Shown here piece after piece: positions 20,592-30,262 of a stretch of 64,000 nt of DNA. A model generated the notes under the pieces. The model was not told where the DNA came from, ran no database searches, and worked only from the letters and a program-made list of their open reading frames with translations. The first letter of the stretch is position 1. Every line of letters starts with the position of its first letter. The translations under genes and the position numbers were made by a program. Source of the stretch: Clostridia bacterium (GTDB taxonomy: Bacteria > Bacillota > Clostridia > Christensenellales > QALW01); assembly GCA_045652205.1 (NCBI GenBank), contig JAZRTX010000012.1:605-64604 (forward strand). The letters run 5' to 3'.

Positions 20592-21943
20592 AAAAGATTA
20601 TCGCCACTTGTTGTTTAATTTTAGTTTTGCTTTTTACCGCTTGCAGTGAAGAACCTTATATCAAAAGCAAAATTGCCATTACTCTTTCCCCCTACGAGAT
20701 GCCACAAGCCCAACCCCAATGGGTTACCCTTTATTATCCAAGCGATGATAATTTAAAACTTCTTGCCTTTTCACAGGCATTATCTTCCACAGGCTCTTTT
20801 TATGATTCAATTATGAATGCGTTGCTTTCCGGCACCGAAGAAGGCTACGTTTCGCCGTTCCCTAAGGGCGTTTCATTAAGAAGTACTATGTTAAGGGAAG
20901 ACGTTTTGTATATTGACCTTTCCTGGCAATTCAGCAAAGTAACCCATGAAAAGTTTTTTGCCTGTATTTCGGTACTTGCAAACACATTTTGCGCTTTAAA
21001 CGAAGTTTCTTTTATTAACGTTACCGTTGAAGGCGCTCAGCTTACCGCCCCAAATAATCCTGAACAACCTATAATGCTTCTTTCAAAGCACACAGGAAGC
21101 ATCAATCAGTTAACGCAGGATTATGGGTCTGTTTCTACACCGCCTACGTCTTTTTACGGTACGGTTTACGTTAATGACGTTACCAACCAGTTTCTTTTAC
21201 CACAGGTTGTTAGCATTAACTTAAAGGATTCAAACTATCCCCTTGCGCTTTTATCTTCCTTAATAACAAAAAGCCCCAACATCTTTCCCGATGGCTTTTT
21301 AGTTAAATCAGCACCTAAGTACACAAAAGGCACCCTTAGTATTGAACTTATCTGCCCTAATTCATGGGAGTATAAAGAAAACTGGCTTGGTAAAAACGCC
21401 ATTGTTTGCACCCTTAACACCCTTTATCCTGATTTAAAAAATATTCAGTTAACAATTAAGGATAGCCAGGATAATACCAAGGCTTTAATAAAAGAGCCTT
21501 GTGTTGACGCGTATAATTCTATCCGCAGCACTGCCCAAGTTATTACGCCTAAAAGCAACGGAACAGGACTTACACATACTGAAATGCTTGTTTCAAATAT
21601 GCCCACAAAAAGCAACATTGCAGAATTTTTAAACGAATATATTTTTAACGTTACACCCGAATTCAGAAGTGATGCAAAAATTATTAACAACGTAACGGTT
21701 TTTAATGATACTGTTATTATTGATTTAAGAGCGTCTTACTTTGATTATTTCTTCAAAAAGAATCTTACGCAAGAACAAGAATATACTATTATTTATTCAC
21801 TTATAACCACCGCTTGCACCTTTACAGGCGCAAAAAAGGCACAGATTTTACAAGATAGCCAGAAGCGTTCAACCCTTTGCGGACACATAAAGATTGATAA
21901 CCCATTACTTACGTTATCTTCTGATTTTCTTGAAACCATCTAA
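20588..21943 (+). CDS. Multi-GerMN-domain lipoprotein
   Basis: Lipobox FTAC; LYYP...ALLSG...PKGV...YIDLS...LANT...VNVTVEG-like pattern, repeated C-terminally (IIDL...IYSLITT). Confidence 0.7.
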   Translation: MKKIIATCCLILVLLFTACSEEPYIKSKIAITLSPYEMPQAQPQWVTLYYPSDDNLKLLAFSQALSSTGSFYDSIMNALLSGTEEGYVSPFPKGVSLRSTMLREDVLYIDLSWQFSKVTHEKFFACISVLANTFCALNEVSFINVTVEGAQLTAPNNPEQPIMLLSKHTGSINQLTQDYGSVSTPPTSFYGTVYVNDVTNQFLLPQVVSINLKDSNYPLALLSSLITKSPNIFPDGFLVKSAPKYTKGTLSIELICPNSWEYKENWLGKNAIVCTLNTLYPDLKNIQLTIKDSQDNTKALIKEPCVDAYNSIRSTAQVITPKSNGTGLTHTEMLVSNMPTKSNIAEFLNEYIFNVTPEFRSDAKIINNVTVFNDTVIIDLRASYFDYFFKKNLTQEQEYTIIYSLITTACTFTGAKKAQILQDSQKRSTLCGHIKIDNPLLTLSSDFLETI

Positions 21944-23965
21944 ATGAACAAAAGGTATCTCTTTTTTAGTTTTCTTGCTTTGGTTTTGGGAATACTTATT
22001 GCCGTAATATGTGATTTTAATATTTTATTTTCACTTTTTCCCTTTTTCAGCGGGTTAATTCTTGTTTTTATAAAAAAGTTGCGATTTATTGGTATTTTGG
22101 CTTTTATTTGCGCTATCGGTTTATTTTATTCGGGGTGTTTGTTCTTTGAACCTGAAAAATCCTTTTTAAACTCAACAGTAAAAGGTAAGGTTACGCTTAT
22201 TGAACAAACAGATTACGATTACCGTATTTTGCTCCAAGACTGTGAAGTTTCTTTAAAACAGAAGGAATCCGTTGAAAAAATATACGTTTACTGCGAATTT
22301 TTGCCCGAAAAGTTAAAGCAGGGCAATATTGTTGAATGTAACGGTGACGTTTTACCTATAAAAGAACCTAAACACGCTAATCCCGGTGGAATAAGTTCCC
22401 GCCTGACAAGTCAGATTGACGGTGTGTTTTATTATGCAAGAACTAAAAAGCTAACCGTTTTAGAAAGCACTGCGGATATCAATCATAAATTTACTCTTTT
22501 AAGAGATAAAATCAGGCAACATATTTATACCGCTGCATCATCAAGCGACAGTGCTTCAATACTTTACGCTATGATTTCTGCGGACAAGGAATTTATAACA
22601 GATGACACAACGTTTTTGTTTTCTGAAACAGGAACAAGCCATCTTTTAGCAGTTTCAGGGTTACATATAAATATACTGATTTCTTTTATTGCCTTTTTCT
22701 TGAAAAGGTTTAACGTAAAACAGGTTGTTTCGCTACTTATCTTAGGAACGTTTTTAGTGTTTTACGCCTGCTTTACAGGATTTTTGCCATCTGTATTGCG
22801 TGCCGGAATAATGGCGATGTTGTTTTCCTTTGCTTTAAATTTTGGTACAAGATATGATTCCGTTAATATTTTAAGTTTAGCAGGTATTTTGATTTTAGCT
22901 TGCAATCCCTTTATTTTGTTTGACGCATCTTTTCAGCTATCATTTTTAGCTTGCTTTGGAATTTTTGTATTTATAAAATACCAGATTAAAACAAAATATA
23001 AAATACTTAATTCTTTATTTAATCCTTGCCTTATAACCTTTGGGGCAACAGTTTTTACCCTGCCTTTACAAATTTATTATTTTGGAAGTCTACCGCTTTT
23101 TAGCATTTTTGCAAACTTAATCGTAGTACCTTTGGCTTCCTTTAGCTTAATGCTTGGATTTACGTTTTTATTGCTTTCCTTTTTATTTAACCCTATTGGA
23201 ATTTTAATAAAAATACCTTGCCTTTTACTTGACGTTGTACTTTTTTTATTAAAATATTTAAGCAAATTGCCTTCAATTACCTTTAAAACCTTTAACCTGA
23301 TTTTTGTTTTAATTGTTCTTTTTATTTTTATTCTTTTAACAAGGTTTTTCAGATTTAAAAAGCTAAAACTTATTGCCTTATTATTAATCCTTTGTTTGCT
23401 TTTTACTTGTTGTTATTCTACGTTTTCTTTAAACACTATAAAGCTTCACGTTCCTCAAACAGACGGTAACCTTTGCGCCCACATTGAAGGCAAAGGCATT
23501 TACGTTTTCGGGCTTTCGGGCATAGAAAGTCACTTAACAAGAAGCGCACCAAAAATTGATTGCTTATTTTTGCTTAATGAAAACGATATTAAGGCGTTAA
23601 ATAATCTTTCAAAAAGCGTAAAAATAAATAAAATTTATCTGCACCCTGACCTTAAACACACGTTAATTTCTATTAAACATAAAGCAACCCACTTAAACAG
23701 CGAAATACAGGTAAAGGACGGTTTAATTTATCCCTTTAATTCGGGCTTTGTATTTGAAAACGGTGAAAATTCCTTTTTTATCGGCAGTAAAAGTTACGGG
23801 CGCATTTATACAGTTGCCATTACTAACGATAATCTTGTTCGTGCTAAAACGGTTATTGCAAAGGGCGTTAAAAATAATAATTGCAAAAATTATTACGATA
23901 TAAAAACAAACGGATACACTTATTTAATTTTCAGGAGATATAATGAATCATACCGACTTTTTTAA
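21944..23965 (+). CDS. comEC: ComEC/Rec2 competence channel with degenerate C-terminal domain
   Basis: NPGG, HLLAVSGLH, SVLRA, SFQLSF; upstream of holA. Confidence 0.9.
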   Translation: MNKRYLFFSFLALVLGILIAVICDFNILFSLFPFFSGLILVFIKKLRFIGILAFICAIGLFYSGCLFFEPEKSFLNSTVKGKVTLIEQTDYDYRILLQDCEVSLKQKESVEKIYVYCEFLPEKLKQGNIVECNGDVLPIKEPKHANPGGISSRLTSQIDGVFYYARTKKLTVLESTADINHKFTLLRDKIRQHIYTAASSSDSASILYAMISADKEFITDDTTFLFSETGTSHLLAVSGLHINILISFIAFFLKRFNVKQVVSLLILGTFLVFYACFTGFLPSVLRAGIMAMLFSFALNFGTRYDSVNILSLAGILILACNPFILFDASFQLSFLACFGIFVFIKYQIKTKYKILNSLFNPCLITFGATVFTLPLQIYYFGSLPLFSIFANLIVVPLASFSLMLGFTFLLLSFLFNPIGILIKIPCLLLDVVLFLLKYLSKLPSITFKTFNLIFVLIVLFIFILLTRFFRFKKLKLIALLLILCLLFTCCYSTFSLNTIKLHVPQTDGNLCAHIEGKGIYVFGLSGIESHLTRSAPKIDCLFLLNENDIKALNNLSKSVKINKIYLHPDLKHTLISIKHKATHLNSEIQVKDGLIYPFNSGFVFENGENSFFIGSKSYGRIYTVAITNDNLVRAKTVIAKGVKNNNCKNYYDIKTNGYTYLIFRRYNESYRLF

Positions 23966-24941
23966 AACCTTAAAAACAGGCGAATTATCCCCGGTATATT
24001 TCTTTACGGGGGAAGAGAATTTTGTGCTTAAAAGCGCCTTAAAACGCTTAGAGGACGCGGTTGTAAGCGAAGATATGAAAGATGTAAACCTTACCGTTCT
24101 GCCAAGCGATGCTGATGGGCAAAAAATTTCTGAGGCTTGCGAAACGTTCCCTTTCTTTACAGAAAAAAGAATGGTTATTTTAGAAGAAAGCGGATTTGTT
24201 TCTTCTTCAGCAAAGCCCGACAAGGAAGACCGCTTTTTAGAATACTTAAAAGCACCTATGGAAAGCACGGTGTTAGTTGTTGTTTCTAAAAGTCCTGACA
24301 AAAGAAAAAAGTGCGTATCCGCTTTAATGAACCAGACTCACGTTGAATTTAATGCGCTTTCTGATTCTGAACTTATGGCGTGGATTGAAAAAACCTTGCG
24401 CGGCTTTAATTTAACCATTGAAAAAAGTGCTTTGTTATTTTTAATTGAGTATGCAGAAGCTTCGCCCCAAAGCCTTATTTGTGAGCTTGAAAAGTTAGCT
24501 TCCTACAAAAAAGAAGGCGTTATAAATAAAGAAGATATATTAAGCATAATTACCCCTTCAACTGATTATAACGTGTTCAATATGACCGATGCTCTTTTAA
24601 GAAAAGACGTTAAAAGCGCCCTTGCTCTTTTAAGTTATATGCTTTCACAAAAAGAAGAGCCTATTTTGATTTTAGGCGCAATTTCAAAGCAGTACCGTCA
24701 GATTTTAATGATAAAAAGTATGCTTGAAGAAAAGAAAAGCAAGCAGGAAATACTTGCGACCCTTAAATTAAGAGATTTTATTTATAAAAAATATGAAAGC
24801 GTTTGCCAGAAGCGTTCAATTAACGCATTAAACAAGGCAGTTGACCTTTGCTATAAAACTGACGAAGGCTTAAAAACAGGCAAGCAGTTTAATGAATCTG
24901 CCCTTCATTCACTTATTTTACAGCTTGCAACCATAGATTAA
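23943..24941 (+). CDS. holA: DNA polymerase III delta subunit
   Basis: VYFFTGEE, PFFTEKR, DKRKK, ELEKL; comEC-holA synteny. Confidence 0.92.
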   Translation: MNHTDFFKTLKTGELSPVYFFTGEENFVLKSALKRLEDAVVSEDMKDVNLTVLPSDADGQKISEACETFPFFTEKRMVILEESGFVSSSAKPDKEDRFLEYLKAPMESTVLVVVSKSPDKRKKCVSALMNQTHVEFNALSDSELMAWIEKTLRGFNLTIEKSALLFLIEYAEASPQSLICELEKLASYKKEGVINKEDILSIITPSTDYNVFNMTDALLRKDVKSALALLSYMLSQKEEPILILGAISKQYRQILMIKSMLEEKKSKQEILATLKLRDFIYKKYESVCQKRSINALNKAVDLCYKTDEGLKTGKQFNESALHSLILQLATID

Positions 24942-24950
24942 GGAGAAATT

Positions 24951-25754
24951 ATGGATTTATCACGCCCTTGGCTTGATTATATGGAGCCTTTTAAAATTGC
25001 AGATAACCTTTATTTTGTAGGAACAATAGGTGGATCTTCCCACGTTATTGATACAGGCGAAGGCTTAATTATGCTTGATTCAGGATATCCCGAAACGTTA
25101 TATCAGGTGCTTTTTAATATGCAAAAAATGGGTTTAAACCCAATGGATATAAAATATATTATTCATTCCCATGGTCATTACGACCATCTTGGCGCAACAA
25201 AAGCGTTAAAGGAATTAACAAATGCTAAAACCTTTATTGCAAAGGAAGACGAGCTTTTAGCCAACGGCACTTTAAATTTAACCTGGGCAAACGAACTGGG
25301 CGTTGAATATACCCAAGGGTTTCAGCCTGACGTTTTATTAAATGATGGAGATATTATTAAATTAGGCAACACAGAAATTGAATGTGTTTTAACCCCCGGC
25401 CACACAAACGGCACAATGAGCTTCTTTTTTAACGTTTTTTACAAAAACAAAACCTACCTTGCAGGTATGCACGGGGGCGTAGGCTCAAACACAATGAAAA
25501 AGGAGTTTTTGGAAAAATATAATCTTCCCACTTCTTGCAGAACTGATTTTTTAGAAGGCTTAGAAAAGGTAAAAAACAAGCCTGTTGAAATCTTTTTAGG
25601 CAACCACACCTGGAACAATAAAACACAAGAAAAATTAAAAACCCTTTCCCCCGATTTTAACCCGTTTATAAACAAAAACGAGTGGAAAGAGTTTATAACA
25701 GAATGTAAAAACAAAGTGCTTAACTTAATTGAAAGCGAAAAGCCAACGGAATAG
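24951..25754 (+). CDS. MBL-fold hydrolase resembling subclass B3 metallo-beta-lactamases
   Basis: PFKIADNLYFVG, HGHYDH, TPGHT, GNH. Confidence 0.8.
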   Translation: MDLSRPWLDYMEPFKIADNLYFVGTIGGSSHVIDTGEGLIMLDSGYPETLYQVLFNMQKMGLNPMDIKYIIHSHGHYDHLGATKALKELTNAKTFIAKEDELLANGTLNLTWANELGVEYTQGFQPDVLLNDGDIIKLGNTEIECVLTPGHTNGTMSFFFNVFYKNKTYLAGMHGGVGSNTMKKEFLEKYNLPTSCRTDFLEGLEKVKNKPVEIFLGNHTWNNKTQEKLKTLSPDFNPFINKNEWKEFITECKNKVLNLIESEKPTE

Positions 25755-25777
25755 TACGACTTCTCATAAAAACGTTT

Positions 25778-25816
25778 AAAGCCGATAGATTCAAAAAACG
25801 AATCTATCGGCTTTTA
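25778..25816 (+). terminator. Intrinsic terminator
   Basis: AAAGCCGATAGATTC/GAATCTATCGGCTTT perfect stem. Confidence 0.8.
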
Positions 25817-25843
25817 TTATACGTAAAAATCCTAGTTCTTTCA

Positions 25844-26046
25844 AGTTATATTCCGACTTTGTCGGAGTGATATTATTGCCTTAAGGCAATAGTTTTATTG
25901 AAACCTTGCGGTTTCAGTGGTATTTTATTCGCCCATAAACTGCCGAAGGCAATACCACTTGGACAAGGTCCAAATACAACTACGAAGTAATACAACTCGC
26001 CGTAAGGCGAATAAAACTGGCGTTGTATCCTTACGGGTACAACGCC
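25844..26046. repeat. Symmetric array of 9-nt linkers and short hairpins (REP/MITE-like or structured RNA)
   Basis: 4x AGTnnTATT then 4x AATAnnACT, separated by perfect mini-hairpins. Confidence 0.85.
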
Positions 26047-26064
26047 TAACCGTTGGCTTTTTTA

Positions 26065-27453
26065 TTATTTAAAGAATTCACCCATTGCTAAATAGGTCAT
26101 ATACACATCTAATTTTGAAACAGTTTCATAGGGCGCGTGCATTGAAAGAACAGGTACGCCTAAATCAACTGTATCAATATCCATTGATGCAACGTACTGG
26201 GCAACTGTTCCGCCGCCGCCAATATCAACCTTGCCAAGCTCACCTGTTTGCCAAACGATATTTGCTGAATCAAGCATCTGCCTAATTTCAGCCATATATT
26301 CTGCAGAAGCATCATTTGAACCGCTTTTACCACGTGCGCCTGTATATTTTGTAATAACTACACCGTTATTTACAAAAGATGCATTTCTCTTTTCAAAAAC
26401 GTCCTGGAAGGTGGGGTCAACTGCCGCGTTAACGTCAGCAGAAAGGCACTGTGATTTTCTTAAAGCGTCCTGTGGCTCAACCCCTTGCATTCTTGCAATA
26501 TCACTGATAACGTGCAAAAGGAAATGTGAGTTAAGACCTGTGTTACCAACAGAGCCGATTTCTTCCTTATCCGCTAAAACGCAGATAGCAGTCCTTTTAG
26601 GAACTTTAATATCCATTAACGCCATTAAGGAAGGATATGCGCAAACCCTGTCATCGTGGCCGTAAGATCCGATTAACGCCCTATCAAAGCCAACGTCCTG
26701 TGCTTTAAAACTTGGAACGATTTCAAGTTCTGCAGAAAGGAAATCGCTTTCGGTAACACCGTATTTTTCATAAAGAATATTTAAAATATTTAATTTAACA
26801 AGTTCACTGCCTTCATCTGATTTAAAGGGGAAACTGCCAACTAAAACGTTTAATTCTTCACCTTTAATACCTTCGTTTAAGGTGCGCTTGTTTTGTTCGC
26901 TTGCTAAATGGGGTAAAAGGTCGTTAATTACAAAAACGGGATCAGATGCATCTTCACCGATTTTCACGTTTACTGTTTCACCGTTCTTTTTAACAAAAAC
27001 ACCGTGAAGCGCCAAAGGAATTGTTGCCCACTGATATTTTCTTACACCGCCATAATAATGGGTTTTAAAAAGCGCAAGGTCAATTTCTTCATAAAGGGGA
27101 TTTGGTTTAAGGTCAAGCCTTGGTGAATCAATATGTGCCGCGCCGATTCGTACACCGTTTTCTACGCTTTCTTCACCAACAACAACGAAAACTGCGCTCT
27201 TTTTGCGGTTATTGATATAGTATCTATCACCTTTAGCGTACTTTTTGCCCTTTTCGTACTGAGTAAAGCCGTTTTCTTCTGCAATCTTAATTGCTTCTGT
27301 TACTGCTTCCCTTTCGGTTTTTGCATTATCAAGAAACTTCTTATAATCTTCGCAAAAAGCATAGGCTTCTTTTATCTGTTCTTCCGTTGCCTTTTTTAAG
27401 CCGTTTCTTGTATCAGAAAAAAGTTTTTCTTTTAATTCTTTTACGTCTGCCAT
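26065..27453 (-). CDS. M18 family aminopeptidase
   Basis: AHIDSPRL, GHDDR, KEEIGS, LSMHAP. Confidence 0.95.
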   Translation of the reverse strand: MADVKELKEKLFSDTRNGLKKATEEQIKEAYAFCEDYKKFLDNAKTEREAVTEAIKIAEENGFTQYEKGKKYAKGDRYYINNRKKSAVFVVVGEESVENGVRIGAAHIDSPRLDLKPNPLYEEIDLALFKTHYYGGVRKYQWATIPLALHGVFVKKNGETVNVKIGEDASDPVFVINDLLPHLASEQNKRTLNEGIKGEELNVLVGSFPFKSDEGSELVKLNILNILYEKYGVTESDFLSAELEIVPSFKAQDVGFDRALIGSYGHDDRVCAYPSLMALMDIKVPKRTAICVLADKEEIGSVGNTGLNSHFLLHVISDIARMQGVEPQDALRKSQCLSADVNAAVDPTFQDVFEKRNASFVNNGVVITKYTGARGKSGSNDASAEYMAEIRQMLDSANIVWQTGELGKVDIGGGGTVAQYVASMDIDTVDLGVPVLSMHAPYETVSKLDVYMTYLAMGEFFK

Positions 27454-27465
27454 AATTTAACCCTC

Positions 27466-28329
27466 CTAATTATTAAGTATATTATATAATTTATCTGATA
27501 TAATTGCAAGATTTTTAATTGAAAGCGCTTCACCGCGAATTGTTTTAGAAAACCCACATTCTTCTATTATATTTTCCGCAGTTTCTCTCGGAATATTAAA
27601 TGATGCAATTAAGTTATTTGCCAAGGTTTTTCTGCGCATTGAAAACGCTGATTTAACTGTTTTAAAAAACATTTCTTCATCTTTAACTTCAACAAGTGGT
27701 TTTTCTAACCTTTCAAGGCGGATTACCTGTGAATCAACCTTTGGCGCAGGATAAAAACAGCTTGCAGGAATTTTTGAGCAAAGGCTTGCTTTTGTATAAA
27801 ACTGTACCGCGCAGGTTAATGCACCGAATTCCTTGGTGTTTTCCTTTGCCGCCATTCTTTGTGCAACTTCCTTTTGCACTAAAACGGTGATGGTTTTAAA
27901 CTTTACACCGCTTTCTAAAAGGGACATTATAATGGGCGTTGTGATGTAATAAGGCAGGTTTGCGCAAACAACAAAATCTTCTTCTAACTCTTCTTCATAG
28001 AACTTTTTAATATCAAGCGCCAAGAAATCCGCATTTATTACTTTAACGTTATCAAAACCATCTAACGTCTGCTTATGAACAGGCAAAAGAGATTTATCTA
28101 CTTCAACTGAAACAACTCTTTTTCCCTTTTGGGCAAGAACACGTGTTAACGTGCCTGCGCCTGTGCCGATTTCAAGCACGGTGTTTTCTTTTGTAACTAA
28201 GGCATCATCGCAAATCATATTAAGGATACGCTCATCCCATAAAAAGTTCTGCCCTAAGGATTTAGAAAACCCAAAGCCTGTTTCATTAAAAATACGTTTT
28301 AATTCATTACCTGTAAGCTTTTGTATCAT
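27466..28329 (-). CDS. rsmA: 16S rRNA dimethyladenosine transferase
   Basis: LGQNFL, EIGTGAG, ANLPYYIT, PAPKVDS. Confidence 0.97.
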   Translation of the reverse strand: MIQKLTGNELKRIFNETGFGFSKSLGQNFLWDERILNMICDDALVTKENTVLEIGTGAGTLTRVLAQKGKRVVSVEVDKSLLPVHKQTLDGFDNVKVINADFLALDIKKFYEEELEEDFVVCANLPYYITTPIIMSLLESGVKFKTITVLVQKEVAQRMAAKENTKEFGALTCAVQFYTKASLCSKIPASCFYPAPKVDSQVIRLERLEKPLVEVKDEEMFFKTVKSAFSMRRKTLANNLIASFNIPRETAENIIEECGFSKTIRGEALSIKNLAIISDKLYNILNN

Positions 28330-30212
28330 TCACTTAATTCCATCCATTCTTCCATTAACTTATCAAGCTTTTCTTTTAATAAATTATACTGTTCCTGTGT
28401 TTGCAATAATTTTTGCTGATCCTGATAAATTTCGCCTTTGGCAAAAATTTCTTCAAGCTCCTGAATACTTGTTTCAGTTTCCTGAATTTCCTTTTCAAGA
28501 TTGCGAACGCGGGCTCGTTTTTGTTTTTCCTGCTCCTTGTTCTGCTTTTCCTTTTGCCTTTCCTTGTTGGCTTGGGTTTTATTGATTTCCTGTTTAATTA
28601 CAGGCGCATTTTCTTCTTTAATTGATTGAAGATAATCATCGTAATTACCTTTAAAAACGCGGATTTTTCCGTTTTCAACAATCCAAAGAGTTTGCGCAAT
28701 ACGGTTAATAAAATATCTATCGTGGGAAACGGCAATTAAAGTGCCTTCGTATCTTTCCAAAGCATCTTCCAACACTTCGCGGGAATCCATATCCAAGTGG
28801 TTGGTAGGCTCGTCTAATATCAACGTGTTTGCACCCATCAAAGAAAGCTGTGCTAATGCAACTCTTGCTCTTTCACCGCCTGAAAGCACACTGCCTTGTT
28901 TAAAGACGTCTTCACCAAAGAAAAGCATCGCGGCGCACCTTGTGCGAACCTGAGTCTGCGATAAATCGCGGTTGCCCCACCACACCATATCCATAATGGT
29001 ATCAGCGCCCATAAAGGCTTTGTGGCCCTGTTCGTAATAGCCAACGTCAACGTTTACGCCTTTAACTATATCGCCCTTTTTTGCTTGCTTTTTGTTTAAT
29101 AAAAGCTCCATTAAGGTGGTTTTACCTGCACCGTTGGCGCCAATAATTATAATCTTTTCCCCTTGCTTTATTTCATAGGAAAAATCTTCAAAAAGGGTTT
29201 TGTTTTCAAAACCCATTGAAATATTGCGGATTTTAAAAACGTCGCCCCCTGAAATTCTGTTCATATTGAAATTCAGGCGCATATCGTTATGGCTTTGGGG
29301 CGCATCAACAAGCTCCATTCTACTTAACACCTTTTCTCTGCTTTCGGCGGCACGAATAGATTTTTCCCTATTAAACTGCCTGAACCGCGCAATAATTGCA
29401 CGTTGGCGTTTAATCTCGTCCTGTTGCTTTTCATAAAGGCGTTGATTTGCCTTTAATTCTTCTTCCCATTTAATAGTATACTCTGTATAATTGCCCTTAA
29501 AATAACGAAGCTTGCCGTTTTCAATCTGGGCAACACCTGAACAGAGTTTATCCATCATATAGCGATCGTGGGAAATAAGTAAAACTGTGCCATTAAACCT
29601 TAAAAGGTAATCAGTAAGCCACTGTGCCGCCTGAATGTCAAGATGGTTTGTAGGTTCGTCTAACAAAAGCACGTCATTATTTTCTAAAAGCATTTTTGCT
29701 AACGCTAAGCGTGTTTTTTCACCGCCTGAAAGAGTGCAGACAGGCTTATCCCAAAAATCTTCGGTTAAGCCTAAACCCTTTAAAACACCTGTAAGGCGGC
29801 TTTTCCAACCGTAACCCCCAAGGTTCTCAAAATCCTGCTGGGCAATAGTATATTTTTCACCTAATAAATCTATATCCGCATCAGGCTTTGCCATATCTTC
29901 TTCAATTTTGTGTAAGCGTTCTTCCGCTAAAAATAAAGGTTCAAAGGTCTTTGTGGCTTCTTCTAAAACAGAATGAGTACCGTTTGCGGTATGTTGCTGT
30001 TCTAAGTAACCGATTTTTAATCCCTTTTGAACAGAGATACTGCCCTCATAGTCAACCAAGCCCATCAGCGCTTTAAATAATGTAGTTTTTCCTGCGCCGT
30101 TAAGCCCTGTTAAGCCAACGCATTGACCTTTTTGAATCTGTAAGGTAATATCAGAAAATATCTGTTTACCATCAAAACTAACGGAAAGATTATTTATATC
30201 AATAAGAATCAT
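28326..30212 (-). CDS. ABC-F family ATPase with C-terminal coiled coil
   Basis: Two GxNGAGKT / LSGGE / DEPTNHLD cassettes, no TM. Confidence 0.95.
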   Translation of the reverse strand: MILIDINNLSVSFDGKQIFSDITLQIQKGQCVGLTGLNGAGKTTLFKALMGLVDYEGSISVQKGLKIGYLEQQHTANGTHSVLEEATKTFEPLFLAEERLHKIEEDMAKPDADIDLLGEKYTIAQQDFENLGGYGWKSRLTGVLKGLGLTEDFWDKPVCTLSGGEKTRLALAKMLLENNDVLLLDEPTNHLDIQAAQWLTDYLLRFNGTVLLISHDRYMMDKLCSGVAQIENGKLRYFKGNYTEYTIKWEEELKANQRLYEKQQDEIKRQRAIIARFRQFNREKSIRAAESREKVLSRMELVDAPQSHNDMRLNFNMNRISGGDVFKIRNISMGFENKTLFEDFSYEIKQGEKIIIIGANGAGKTTLMELLLNKKQAKKGDIVKGVNVDVGYYEQGHKAFMGADTIMDMVWWGNRDLSQTQVRTRCAAMLFFGEDVFKQGSVLSGGERARVALAQLSLMGANTLILDEPTNHLDMDSREVLEDALERYEGTLIAVSHDRYFINRIAQTLWIVENGKIRVFKGNYDDYLQSIKEENAPVIKQEINKTQANKERQKEKQNKEQEKQKRARVRNLEKEIQETETSIQELEEIFAKGEIYQDQQKLLQTQEQYNLLKEKLDKLMEEWMELSE

Positions 30213-30262
30213 TTTTAAAAAATAAGGGGCTTAAATTAAAGCCCCTAAAAAGTCAAATTATT

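Noticed and set aside
25844-26046. CRISPR array interpretation of the repeat region
   Set aside because: Repeats are only 9 nt, invert halfway, the spacers are 7-16 nt palindromes, and no cas genes are present
28326-30212. Antibiotic-resistance ABC-F
   Set aside because: Native codon use, housekeeping operon context and a Uup-like C-terminal coiled coil suggest a housekeeping ABC-F; no leader attenuator seen
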